64,000 nucleotides of DNA from assembly GCA_963740315.1 (NCBI GenBank), contig CAVUDP010000001.1, positions 1,248,001 through 1,312,000 of the forward strand, given 5' to 3'. Below, piece by piece: positions 1 to 10,637 of this stretch (the first letter of the stretch is position 1; each line of letters opens with the position of its first letter). This stretch comes from an uncultured cyanobacterium (lineage in GTDB: Bacteria > Cyanobacteriota > Cyanobacteriia > Cyanobacteriales > Nostocaceae). Under the pieces are notes generated by a model. That model saw nothing but the letters and a program-made list of their open reading frames with translations, ran no database searches and was not told where the DNA came from. The translations under genes and the position numbers were made by a program.

Positions 1-1
1 C

Positions 2-1072
2 TCGTGCGTCGCAAAGCGATCGCCCTTCCAATCCCTGGATCTCTTCAAAGAGTACTTGCTCAATAGCTTTGATTTTACCGAGGTAGTTTTCGCTTTCGAT
101 AAGACTGATACTTGCCAAAGCCACAGCGCAGGCTACTGCATTTCCCATGAAAGTCGGCCCGTGCATGAAGGCTAATTCCGGATCGTCGCTGAGAAAGGAC
201 TCGTAGACTTGGCTTGTAGCGATAGTCGCTGATAGTCCGAAGTATCCGCCAGTCAGCGCTTTACTAAGCACCATGATATCCGGGGTGACATTGGCAAGCT
301 CCGCTGCGAATAAAGCTCCTGTTCGTCCGAAACCCGTTGCTATCTCGTCGAATATAAGTAGCACTCCGTATTCATCACACAGTTTTCGGGCATGGAATAA
401 ATACTCGGGAGGATAGAAGCGAAAGCCACCAGCCCCTTGAAATATCGGTTCGAGGATGACGGCGGCAATCTGGTTGTTGTTCGATTTCAGAAGCTCGGCG
501 AGTTGAAAAAGCGATGCTTGGCATTCGTCAGACTCGATGTTAGCCCCGCCTGGTGCATCAACGAAATACTGGGGGAGTATGACTCCTTTAAACAATCTGT
601 GCATTCCTTCGTCGTCGTCACTCACAGACATTGCACCTGTCGTGTCGCCGTGATACCCCCGGCGAAGCGCCACGAAACGGCTTTTTTCGGAAACCCCTTT
701 GTTGCGCCAGAACTGAATTGCCATCTTTAACGCCACCTCTACCCCCACTGAGCCGCTGTCACCAAAGAACACGTGATTAAGTCCAGATGGGGTAATCCTG
801 ACTAATGTCTCGGCTAAATTAATCGCTGCATCGTTAACGAGGCCCCCAAGCATAACATGAGCGAATTTTGCAAGCTGCTCCTCAACGGCCTTATTGAGGA
901 CGGGGTGATTGTACCCGTGAATAACGCACCACCACGAAGAGATGCCATCAATGAGTACCGTGCCATCATCAAGGTAGAGCTTGACCCCCTCTGCTCGGAC
1001 TACTCGATACGGAGGCGGAACGGTCTTCATTTGTGCATACGGAAGCCAGAGCGAATTAACTTGTGTCGTCAT
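2..1072 (-). CDS. bioA: Adenosylmethionine-8-amino-7-oxononanoate aminotransferase (DAPA synthase); 3' end runs off the window
   Basis: Not in the ORF track. Manual translation from ATG at 1072 gives MTTQVNSLWLPYAQMK...IDGISSWWCVIHGYNHP...DSGSVGVEVALKMA...DEIATGFGRTG...DIMVLSKALTGGY (PLP Lys)...HGPTFMGN, which are BioA class-III aminotransferase motifs. Confidence 0.93.
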   Translation of the reverse strand, partial: MTTQVNSLWLPYAQMKTVPPPYRVVRAEGVKLYLDDGTVLIDGISSWWCVIHGYNHPVLNKAVEEQLAKFAHVMLGGLVNDAAINLAETLVRITPSGLNHVFFGDSGSVGVEVALKMAIQFWRNKGVSEKSRFVALRRGYHGDTTGAMSVSDDDEGMHRLFKGVILPQYFVDAPGGANIESDECQASLFQLAELLKSNNNQIAAVILEPIFQGAGGFRFYPPEYLFHARKLCDEYGVLLIFDEIATGFGRTGALFAAELANVTPDIMVLSKALTGGYFGLSATIATSQVYESFLSDDPELAFMHGPTFMGNAVACAVALASISLIESENYLGKIKAIEQVLFEEIQGLEGRSLCDAR

Positions 1073-1105
1073 CGGGGTTGATGTCAATTTATTGACGTAG
1101 TTACT

Positions 1106-1289
1106 AGGTTGGGTTAGACAGGAAAACCAATTTAATTTGTAAGATAAATATTTATTTATCGTGTCGCAACCCAACATTAATGCTGGGGGTATTTTATAAT
1201 GTTCATTCGCAATACTGATGTTGGGTTACGGTTCAAATATAGGTTATTTGTTGAAAATTATAATTTTGGTGAACCTAACCCAACCTACA
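1106..1289. repeat. REP-like paired palindromic element (AGGTTGGGTT...AACCCAAC family)
   Basis: TAGGTTGGGTTAG at about 1106 pairs with CTAACCCAACCTA at about 1276, with an inner AACCCAACAT/ATGTTGGGTT pair. A related element is at 29538-29680 and a degenerate one at about 8066-8142. Confidence 0.7.
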
Positions 1290-1384
1290 AAATCAATTTT
1301 TTTACTGAAATTACTGTGATAGGGGCTTTGTATATGTGGTTCCCCACCCTTCGAGGGTGAGGGCGATTAATATTTTCCCACCTA

Positions 1385-2122
1385 TTAAGCGTGTCTTTTC
1401 AAAACCCCCGGCTCTTGCTGCATTGGCAACACATCTAAAGTATCAATTTGAGAACAGTATTTTAAATCATCGTTGCAATCTAAACCTAATAAACGTTTAC
1501 CGTGGCTGGCATATTTAAACATTTGTAACAAATCATCTTTCCATTGAGAATAAAGCGCGATCGCAGCAATCACTTCATCGTTACCCGCAACATCATCTAT
1601 AGATAACTTTGTTTTTTCCAATAGATGATGAGCGATCGCACCAGCACAAGCAGTATCTTCAAGAGAGTAACTACCTTGCCATCCCGAACCTACCATCCAA
1701 ACGGTTTCTGGTTGATTTTGCACTAAATATTCAACCACAGATGTTAGATTAACAAACGCTCCGGTAATAACCGTTTGAGCCTCCTGAATTCTTTGTAAAG
1801 CACGAGTACCGTTAGTAGTACTGATAAACAAGCGCTTTCCTTCCACCACTTCTTGTTTACAGTCGAGAGGAGAATTGCCCAAATCAAAACCAGGAACTTT
1901 CGCACCACCCCTTTCCCCAGCCCGCAAACGTTTGTCAGCGGGAAAGTTTTCGCTGACTTCCACAAGTTTATCCAAATCGCTAAAAAATTGAACCGCTTCC
2001 CCACCAGCAGCCAAAACCGTTGCCATCGTTGTAGTTGCACGCAAGACATCAACCGCGATCGCGCATTCTGGCATCTCACCCGTTGGGGTTTCTTCCGGAG
2101 CATGATAGATAAATAATTTCAT
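1385..2122 (-). CDS. comB: 2-phosphosulfolactate phosphatase family protein
   Basis: Motifs [31 protein letters not shown] and SLEDTACAG. Confidence 0.9.
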   Translation of the reverse strand: MKLFIYHAPEETPTGEMPECAIAVDVLRATTTMATVLAAGGEAVQFFSDLDKLVEVSENFPADKRLRAGERGGAKVPGFDLGNSPLDCKQEVVEGKRLFISTTNGTRALQRIQEAQTVITGAFVNLTSVVEYLVQNQPETVWMVGSGWQGSYSLEDTACAGAIAHHLLEKTKLSIDDVAGNDEVIAAIALYSQWKDDLLQMFKYASHGKRLLGLDCNDDLKYCSQIDTLDVLPMQQEPGVLKRHA

Positions 2123-2192
2123 CCGCTTGATACACCTGCCTTTATATACACTGCCGAGATTTTAATACGCTTGGCGTGTCAACAGGAAGAAG

Positions 2193-2392
2193 ATGAGGTT
2201 CGGGGGAGATGGGGGGATGGGGAGATGGGGGGATGGGGGGATGGGGGGATGGGGAGATGGAGAGATGGGGTTCGGGGGAGATGGGGAGTACTTCGACAAG
2301 CTCAGTAACCTTTGGGGAGATGGGGGGATGGGGAGATGGGGAGATGGGGGGATGGGGAGATGGGGTTCGGGGGAGATGGGGAGATGGGGGGT
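2193..2392. repeat. G-rich octamer tandem repeat (GGGGAGAT/GGGGGGAT), interrupted by TACTTCGACAAGCTCAGTAACC
   Basis: Direct inspection. The ORFs at 2193-2429 and 2209-2397 are translation artefacts of this repeat. Confidence 0.9.
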
Positions 2393-2419
2393 TATGAGTT
2401 ATGAGTTATTAAACCTTAG

Positions 2420-2489
2420 TAACTGGTAACTGGTAACTGATAACTGGTAACTGGTAACTGGTAACTGGTAACTGATAACTGGTAACTGT
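2420..2489. repeat. Heptamer tandem repeat TAACTG(G/A), about 10 copies (STRR-type)
   Basis: Direct inspection. Confidence 0.9.
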
Positions 2490-2588
2490 AATCTGGAAAT
2501 AAGAACGATCTAAAATGAAGCGTACTTGGCATTTACATTTGGCAACGTAGCTTAATCTAAAATTCAAAATCCAAAATCTAAAATCAAC

Positions 2589-3005
2589 ATGGCTCCTTTA
2601 CCCAATTACCGTCCCAAACAACTTTCTCTCGGTCCGTTGGAAGCAGAAATTTTAAATCTTGTTTGGCAGTTAGGCAAGGCTACGGTAAAAAACGTACACG
2701 ATCGCATTTTAGCCGATCCCAACCGCGAATTAGCTTATACTTCAGTTACTACCGTGCTACGACGGCTAACCCAAAAAGGTTGGCTTGAATGTAATAAACA
2801 AGGAAAAGCTTTTTATTGGCAACCATTACTAACAAAACAGCAGGCTGAAGTTATTCAAGCACACGAGCAGTTACAGCAATTTCTGAAGGTGGGAAATCCC
2901 GATGTAATTGCGGCTTTTGCGGATAGTCTAGATGAAGCAGATTCTGCGAAAATACAAGCAATAGCAAAACGAATTCAAGCTGCGCGACAAGCCAGGGAGG
3001 AATAA
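2589..3005 (+). CDS. BlaI/MecI/CopY family transcriptional repressor
   Basis: LGPLEAEIL...W...AYTSVTTVLRRL..KG winged-helix signature; paired with a downstream M56 peptidase. Confidence 0.9.
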   Translation: MAPLPNYRPKQLSLGPLEAEILNLVWQLGKATVKNVHDRILADPNRELAYTSVTTVLRRLTQKGWLECNKQGKAFYWQPLLTKQQAEVIQAHEQLQQFLKVGNPDVIAAFADSLDEADSAKIQAIAKRIQAARQAREE

Positions 3006-3011
3006 ATAACA

Positions 3012-3851
3012 ATGCATTTTTTAATAATTTTTGCAGCTTTAATAGTTGCTTACACCATCAGATGTCGATGGACTCAAAGCGTCGATAGATGGAATCAACG
3101 TTGGGGGCGATCGCTATTTTTCTTTCTATTTCCTCCCTTATTAATTTTCATGACAACCTTCGCTTTGTTGTTCATGGGACCTCAAGGTACAATGGGCGGA
3201 TTGCAAACGGGTTGTTACGGCTATTTAATGGCGTTGGTTGCTCTGAATTTTTTCGCAATAATGTGTATAAAACAGGGGTGGCAAGGATGGCTATCGATCG
3301 AATCTACCCGCAACTGTCCCCAAATTAATGTAGCTGGAAAACAAGTTCGATTGCTAAATACAGGAGCATTATTTGCCGGACAAGTTGGCTTTTTAAAACC
3401 AGAATTAGTTATAAGTTCTGGATTATTAGAAACTATGAATGGCAAACATTTAGAAACAGTTTTGGCACACGAACAAGGACATTATTATTATCGCGATACA
3501 TTCTGGTTTTTCTGGCTGGGTTGGATGCGAGAATGTACCGCTTGGCTACCTAATACAGAAGCTTTATGGCAAGAATTATTAACCTTGCGTGAATTGCGAG
3601 CCGACGCTCACGCAATTTCATCTGTAGATCCTTTATTATTAGCAGAATCTCTGTTAATGGTTGTTAGCAATCCCCCCATATCTTCAGAAGTACTTTGTGC
3701 AGCATTAGGAACTCCGGGAGCCAAACGTTTAGAAGAAAGAGTAGAAGCCCTTTTATCTCAACCACAACCAGCCCCAAAGCTTCATTTCGCCTCTTTGAAT
3801 TGGCTTGTATGGACTTTTGTTCCTTTACTTAGCGTCGCGTTTCATAGTTAA
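3012..3851 (+). CDS. M56 family (BlaR1-like) membrane zinc metallopeptidase
   Basis: N-terminal TM segments, HEQGH zinc motif, RELRAD; starts 6 bp after the BlaI-like gene. Confidence 0.88.
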   Translation: MHFLIIFAALIVAYTIRCRWTQSVDRWNQRWGRSLFFFLFPPLLIFMTTFALLFMGPQGTMGGLQTGCYGYLMALVALNFFAIMCIKQGWQGWLSIESTRNCPQINVAGKQVRLLNTGALFAGQVGFLKPELVISSGLLETMNGKHLETVLAHEQGHYYYRDTFWFFWLGWMRECTAWLPNTEALWQELLTLRELRADAHAISSVDPLLLAESLLMVVSNPPISSEVLCAALGTPGAKRLEERVEALLSQPQPAPKLHFASLNWLVWTFVPLLSVAFHS

Positions 3852-4096
3852 TTAAGTATGAAGAATTAGGAATTGAAAATAGTTAGGAGTTAGGAGTTAG
3901 AAGTTAGAAGTTATTTACCTTTGGAGGGCATCCCAAAGTTTAAATTTGTAATGCAAGCATCTTACGATCTTGATATATACAGCGAGCAAGATGCTCGCAC
4001 TCCCTTGTCCCCCTGAGCCGCACGCTCCGCGTGAACGGGTTGCGCCACTTGCTACAAGTCGGGGAACCCGCCAGGGCGCAGTGGCTTACCATCCCC

Positions 4097-5032
4097 TCAT
4101 CCCCTCTGGTGATACCAACGTCTAAATAACAAAGTCGCTTTATCTGTAGGAACATTACATTCTTCTGTTGTATTCGGAATTTCACCAAGTTGAGTTTCAA
4201 TTACAACTTTATCCTCGATAACAGGTTTGATAAATTCTTCAACAATAGATGTTTTTGATTTCTCGTTTGTTTCTCCTAACATCAATATTGATAAAATATA
4301 TCGTGTTTGCTCATCGTTAATTGGTACGCTAAATAAATGTACTCGAACTGGTATTCCCATCTCATCAAACTTTAACACCACAAGATTGGGTTGATGCCAT
4401 TCCAATGCAAACCCAGATGGAATATTATCAAAACGGTTAAAAACTTTTATGCTCGATTCTGTTTGCTCTATTTGATATTCAGCAATACTTTTTGCTTCCA
4501 AAGCTTGCTTACCAATCGCGCCACCAAAAGAGTTACGATGCACGAATGGTAAATGTACGAAATCCATTGCATTTTCAATTACCCGCGTCCAGTGAGCGTT
4601 CCAAATTTCATCATGAACGTAGTAAAATTGTGGCGTTCGCATTAAACTTTCAGGAAGCTGTGGTTCCGATACTTTCTCAAATCCTGTAAAAACCCATACC
4701 AATCCCGCAATGATGCGCGTCGGTAAACTTACGGCAGATAGCTTAGATAAATTAATTTCTGAAGGATTATTAAAAGAAACTTGAATACAGTTTCCATTAC
4801 GATCGAACTGCCAACCATGATAAGGACATTCCAAACAGCCGCGATCGTTTATTCTACCTAATGAAAGAGCAACTCCTCGATGGGGACATTTATCTAAAAG
4901 CGCACCTATTTTACCCAACGAATTGCGAAATAAAACTAATTGTTCTCCCGCTAATTCCACTGCAATAGGTGTATCTTTGATTTCTTCCACCGATATTACA
5001 GGTGTCCAAAAATTAGAAAACATTTCAAACAT
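4097..5032 (-). CDS. Rieske non-heme iron oxygenase alpha subunit (VanA/PobA-like)
   Basis: Rieske motif CPHRG...CPYHG and mononuclear iron motif ENAMDFVHLPFVH. Confidence 0.9.
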   Translation of the reverse strand: MFEMFSNFWTPVISVEEIKDTPIAVELAGEQLVLFRNSLGKIGALLDKCPHRGVALSLGRINDRGCLECPYHGWQFDRNGNCIQVSFNNPSEINLSKLSAVSLPTRIIAGLVWVFTGFEKVSEPQLPESLMRTPQFYYVHDEIWNAHWTRVIENAMDFVHLPFVHRNSFGGAIGKQALEAKSIAEYQIEQTESSIKVFNRFDNIPSGFALEWHQPNLVVLKFDEMGIPVRVHLFSVPINDEQTRYILSILMLGETNEKSKTSIVEEFIKPVIEDKVVIETQLGEIPNTTEECNVPTDKATLLFRRWYHQRG

Positions 5033-5061
5033 AATTTCTCCTTTTAATTATTTCTTATAAC

Positions 5062-5081
5062 TACCTAAAATTAAGTAGGTA
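5062..5081. promoter_or_regulatory. Putative TetR operator TACCTA-N8-TAGGTA upstream of the Rieske oxygenase
   Basis: TACCTAAAATTAAGTAGGTA; a palindrome of the same geometry lies at 5742-5761. Confidence 0.7.
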
Positions 5082-5157
5082 AAAAATACCTAATGTAGAG
5101 ACGTAGCACTGCTACGTCTGCCTAACGTTACATATCACAGCCAATACATCCCAAAAA

Positions 5158-5739
5158 TTACCTTTTCGTCGCACCCTTCAACAGCAAAGTAATCAAATCG
5201 GCTACCAATTCCCGATCGCCTTTAACTCCATAGCGCTTAAAAGTGTAAAGTGCTTCAATGGAAGATATAAAAGCACCACCAATAAAACCTGGATCTTGCT
5301 GTAAATCATCTTGTAAATCATCGCCATATCTAGCAAACAATTCCTCAATCGGTGCAAACGCGCCTTGGTACATTGCCGATTCGAGTTGAGCAGCTTTATA
5401 AGTAGATAATTGCGGTAAATCGGTTAAAATCATCCTCCCCCCATTCAAAGGAGGTTGCTCGATTAACCACATTCCGACAGAAAGCAAACAACTTTCTAAA
5501 TCTGGATTTGCTTGAGCTATCAACTTTTTTAAAACACCGCTGCGACGTTCTAAATGACGCAACATTACCTCTACGTACAAATCTTCTTTTCCTAAAGGGA
5601 AATGATAGTACAGCGAAGCTTGTTTTATTCCCAACGCTTTAGCAATATCCTTTAACGTCACAGCAGTGTAACCACGAGAGGTAAATAGTTGCTCGGCGAT
5701 ATTAAGGAGATTTTCTCGCGACGATTGCTGTTTGCTCAT
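5158..5739 (-). CDS. TetR/AcrR family transcriptional regulator
   Basis: N-terminal HTH LFTSRGYTAVTLKDIAKALGIKQASLYYHF. Confidence 0.93.
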   Translation of the reverse strand: MSKQQSSRENLLNIAEQLFTSRGYTAVTLKDIAKALGIKQASLYYHFPLGKEDLYVEVMLRHLERRSGVLKKLIAQANPDLESCLLSVGMWLIEQPPLNGGRMILTDLPQLSTYKAAQLESAMYQGAFAPIEELFARYGDDLQDDLQQDPGFIGGAFISSIEALYTFKRYGVKGDRELVADLITLLLKGATKR

Positions 5740-5741
5740 GT

Positions 5742-5761
5742 TACCTAACTTAAATTAGGTA
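5742..5761. promoter_or_regulatory. Putative autoregulatory TetR operator TACCTA-N8-TAGGTA
   Basis: TACCTAACTTAAATTAGGTA lies 2 bp upstream of the TetR start codon. Confidence 0.7.
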
Positions 5762-6002
5762 GACAAGTTTTGTCAAGGGGTTTGGGATGAATAAAAAATA
5801 GCGATCGCAACCTAATTTTAGAAATGTTCAAAAAAAGAATTATCCCCCAAAATTGATAACTATCGGCAGATATATAAATTTAGTTTAAGCAATCATTCCT
5901 TAACAATCTTAATAATCGTAAAGCACTCTTAACAAAAGCGATAGTAAGCATTCAACTTATGGGAACATAAATACAATCAACGTTGATATTTAGAATTTAT
6001 AG

Positions 6003-7019
<1,017 letters not shown>

Positions 7020-7413
7020 AATTCGATCGATCTTATTATTCCCAGGCTTTGGCTTGGGAATGTAACTGAAATTAAAGTAATTAAATTAAATTACATATTT
7101 ACCGATCGAATACAAGAAGTTAAGCCAAGTAACTTCATAATTAGATCGAATTGGTATTGATTATAAGAAATACAAACTTGCCATAGAATCCTTATTTTAA
7201 ATTTTAATAAAATGTATAAATACTACCCATTAATCTCAATAACGTGTAGTTGATAATACGTATATAACTTATTATTGTTTGTTTATATATTTACATCCGA
7301 AGATTTAATATCAGGTTAATATCCGATATATTTTATGATAAATATGTTTCAAAAAGTGCAACAATTGTCTGTTGTTAGTCAGCTTATAGTAATCCATACA
7401 TCAGGTTAGACAC

Positions 7414-8055
7414 ATGGTAGTAAAGTTGATTCAAAATGTTGCTAAAGTAGGCTACCGAGCAAGCACATTAGGGCTAGAAAAAGGTTCGCATGTGACGCGC
7501 TACTATATGTACAACCACCTTTCACAATACTGCGATTCACGACCGTGTGAGCATCGCGTTTTGTCTATTAGCGAATCGGGATATCTGGCAAAGCTATTAG
7601 GTTACGAAGAGAATCAAATAACTGATTTAACATATCCTGACGTTAATGTTCTTAATCTTCCTTTGCAAGATGAGGAATTTGATGCAGTAGTTAGCGACCA
7701 AGTTTTAGAACATATAGAAGGTAATCCATACACTGCTTTTGCTGAAACTTTCCGCATTCTAAAACCGGGTGGAATTGCCCTACATACGACTTGTTTTATC
7801 AATCCAATACACGCTACACCAAGTGATTTCTGGAGATTTACACCAGATGCTTTGAAATTATTAGCTTGCGAGCATGGAGAAATTATTGATGTCGGAGGTT
7901 GGGGAAATCCATTTATATGGGTTTATAATGCGCTGGGATTAAGATTTGAATCTATTCCTCATGCAAATTGGCATCCCGGACATTGGGTTGCAACAAAAAA
8001 TGTTAAACGTTGGCCTATGGTTACTTGGGTTTTAGCGAGAAAAGCTTCTGTTTAA
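7414..8055 (+). CDS. Class I SAM-dependent methyltransferase (Methyltransf_11-like)
   Basis: LPLQDEEFDAVVSDQVLEHI, RILKPGG and DFWRFT. Confidence 0.8.
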   Translation: MVVKLIQNVAKVGYRASTLGLEKGSHVTRYYMYNHLSQYCDSRPCEHRVLSISESGYLAKLLGYEENQITDLTYPDVNVLNLPLQDEEFDAVVSDQVLEHIEGNPYTAFAETFRILKPGGIALHTTCFINPIHATPSDFWRFTPDALKLLACEHGEIIDVGGWGNPFIWVYNALGLRFESIPHANWHPGHWVATKNVKRWPMVTWVLARKASV

Positions 8056-8179
8056 TCAAGTCAAATGTTGGGTTAGCTTGCTTTTATTTAATTAAGCTAA
8101 TAGTAAAATTGTAAGTTGGGTTAGACTTAGTTTTACCTAACTTATGACTATTTATACTTAGATAAAATGAATCTAAAAA

Positions 8180-8782
8180 ATGGCTTATAGTGATTTTAAA
8201 TTAGCTCAAGTTATCCAATTGTTTGGCTTAACGGTTCATGAAGGCTCTAGAATATTTGCTGGTTTTCCTGAAGAAAAATGTAGCGACTTACTTTCAACTA
8301 TTCTCAAAGAGAATGTAGATTTAGCGGTTGCTATTAATACAGAAAAAGCCCGTTCTGAAATGATAATTAGTCCAATACTGCTTGAAGTTCGACGTAAACT
8401 TGATAACAAAATTAGTTTATTTTCAGGAGTAGATTTTAATGTCGATAGTACAAGAGGATTAAATGGCTTCTGTGACTTCCTTATTAGTCTTTCTCAAGAA
8501 CAGCTTTTCATCCGGGCACCTGCAATTACTCTGGTTGAAACAAAGAATGAAAACCTTAAATCGGGATTAGGTCAGTGTATTGCAGAAATGATTGCAGCAC
8601 AGCTTTTTAATGAAATGCAGGGAAATAAAATTAAAAATATTTATGGTGTAATAACGATTGGAACGATTTGGCAGTTTTTGAGATTAGAAGATAATAATAT
8701 TTTCATCGATTTGAGTGAATATTATATTCAAGATGTTGAAAAAATTCTAGGAATCTTAGTTAACGCACTCAGACAAAATTGA
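8180..8782 (+). CDS. Conserved cyanobacterial hypothetical protein, possible PD-(D/E)XK fold
   Basis: EKARSEMIISPIL, G.CDFLIS and VETK...GQCIAEM resemble a widespread cyanobacterial family. Confidence 0.7.
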   Translation: MAYSDFKLAQVIQLFGLTVHEGSRIFAGFPEEKCSDLLSTILKENVDLAVAINTEKARSEMIISPILLEVRRKLDNKISLFSGVDFNVDSTRGLNGFCDFLISLSQEQLFIRAPAITLVETKNENLKSGLGQCIAEMIAAQLFNEMQGNKIKNIYGVITIGTIWQFLRLEDNNIFIDLSEYYIQDVEKILGILVNALRQN

Positions 8783-8785
8783 AAA

Positions 8786-9973
8786 TTAAATCTTCTCTTT
8801 CGCTGAAGGAATCCCCAATTTATCCAAAGTATAATCAATCTGCTCTAAAAGTTGAAAATCTTCTTGAGGTAAAGCGTTAATACTATACTTTTCTAAAAAC
8901 GAAAACGCCTGTCTAAATTCATATGGTGTTGCTTCTATTGGTGAGTCAAAGTGACAGGGAATTATCCGCTTAAAGTCCCATCTAGCAATTTTATTAGCCC
9001 AATTAATAGTTTCTTCCGGTGCGCGATTTAGAATCAAAGTTTGTAAAATTGGTGCTACGAACAATCTACCATCACCCCGCAACGCTTCAAAACAAGGCTG
9101 CCAATCTTGCTTCCATTGGAAGGGATACAAGCCGAAATAAGCTTTTTTAGAACGTTCTGGTGCTTTGGAAGCGTTACGAAATACTTCCCCCCACTTCGGT
9201 ACATCTAAGACGCTGGGACGAAAATATAAACTAAATAAAGCAATACGCTGCCATCCTTTACGACGGTTTTCTGGAGTGTCTGCAACAACATCAGTTGCTT
9301 TATCTCTAGTGTGGAAAAGCAAAGGGTATGAGTCCAACTGAATAATTGCCGGAGGTTCTTCGGGTACGGAAACTATTGAATCGGTAACTAAAAGGGTTTT
9401 TGATGATTTATGCAGCAACGCTACTTCCGCAAATCTACCCGCACCCAGTTCGATGGGACCGAGAATTTCATAGTCAAATTGATTCGCAAAAGGTGTTTTA
9501 CTGCTGTCTTCGGGAAGTACTTGAGTGCGTTTTGCAGGTATTCCCAACCAACTTAAAGGAAGATTTACGGGAAAACTCCATTGTTTGGGTGCGACGAATA
9601 TCTGTGAATCGGGAAAACGTCTGGCGAAAGGACCAACAAATATTTTATGTTCTAAACCTGAGATAGTAGGCAAAATTATATACTTAATCCTTCCGTGTTC
9701 CGCCACTAATTCCTCTACAAGACGAACGCATTCTGGGGTTGGTGCGACTGGTGCATAAACCAGCAAACCACCTTCATTGAGCTTAACCACCGTCATGCGA
9801 ATAGGAACAACAACATAGAAAATGCCTTGAAGTTGGTCAAAAGTCCAAATGGTATCCTTAACTACTTCCTTACGGATTGTTCGCCGCTTTCCAAATGGGT
9901 AAATTGGCAAAGTAAACCAGAAGCGCCATGAATAATCTTTGGAATTACTTTGTTGTTCTAACGTTTCGAGCAT
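8786..9973 (-). CDS. DUF4336 domain protein (metallo-beta-lactamase-like)
   Basis: RMTVVKL..GGLLVYAPVAPT, GLEHK, TLLVTD and IIPCH. Confidence 0.85.
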   Translation of the reverse strand: MLETLEQQSNSKDYSWRFWFTLPIYPFGKRRTIRKEVVKDTIWTFDQLQGIFYVVVPIRMTVVKLNEGGLLVYAPVAPTPECVRLVEELVAEHGRIKYIILPTISGLEHKIFVGPFARRFPDSQIFVAPKQWSFPVNLPLSWLGIPAKRTQVLPEDSSKTPFANQFDYEILGPIELGAGRFAEVALLHKSSKTLLVTDSIVSVPEEPPAIIQLDSYPLLFHTRDKATDVVADTPENRRKGWQRIALFSLYFRPSVLDVPKWGEVFRNASKAPERSKKAYFGLYPFQWKQDWQPCFEALRGDGRLFVAPILQTLILNRAPEETINWANKIARWDFKRIIPCHFDSPIEATPYEFRQAFSFLEKYSINALPQEDFQLLEQIDYTLDKLGIPSAKEKI

Positions 9974-10209
9974 TTTCCTTTATTAGGGAGTAGGGAGTAG
10001 GGAGTAGGAGTTGGGACCACCGGAGTTAGGAGTTGGGAGTGCGCTAGTATTATACAAATTAAATGCGTAACAGCTTACTAGGAAGCAAGATACGAACACT
10101 ACCACAAATTAATTGCAACAACTATACATTACATCTATCACTGGTCACTGATTTATTATCCCATAAAGATTTCTGGACTTAAATTTTTAACACTGCTTCG
10201 ATGCTTATT

Positions 10210-10410
10210 AAGTACTTAGGCAAAATTAATTGTGCATTTGTCCGAAGCGAGTGGAACGTTCACGCGGAGCGTGCGGCGAGGGCGAAACGAAGCATTCACC
10301 CGTAGGGTGCGGTTCATCGCAAAACCTTGAGAAAGATCCGCTGTCGCATGTCCTATCGGACACGCTGCGCTAACGCTTCGGACACAAATAATGAAGGCAC
10401 ACCCACTTAG
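10210..10410. repeat. Cluster of small dispersed repeats (Nostocales SDR-like)
   Basis: GC-rich patch in an AT-rich spacer. CGTTCACGCGGAGCGTGCGGC (10258-10278) is the reverse complement of 4017-4037. Confidence 0.6.
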
Positions 10411-10637
10411 TTACCGCGATCGCGAACAGTATGGTTGATAGCAAGTTAAATTAAGGGACAAGAGCGCCATCTAAACAATTAAAGCATCAAGTTTCAACAA
10501 GCGATTATATTTTTAGATAATCAAAAATACTATAAATAGTTCAAATATGTGACCATTTTTTATAAATTTCGGCTTCTATTAATGGTATCTTTTTCGATAC
10601 AATGTATAAAAATGACTGTTCAAAATAAGGGGATATA

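Noticed and set aside
437..1081. Plus-strand ORFs 437-730 and 857-1081
   Set aside because: Antisense shadows of bioA with no recognisable motifs.
2193..2429. Gly-rich ORFs (GDGEMGRW repeats), also at 17318-17594 and 21479-21881
   Set aside because: Translations of octamer tandem repeats.
7246..7259. NtcA-like site GTA-N8-TAC upstream of the methyltransferase
   Set aside because: No correctly spaced -10 box, and such matches are expected by chance in very AT-rich DNA.
10585..10600. Palindrome GTATC-N6-GATAC upstream of the DAHP synthase
   Set aside because: Single short occurrence with no supporting second site.
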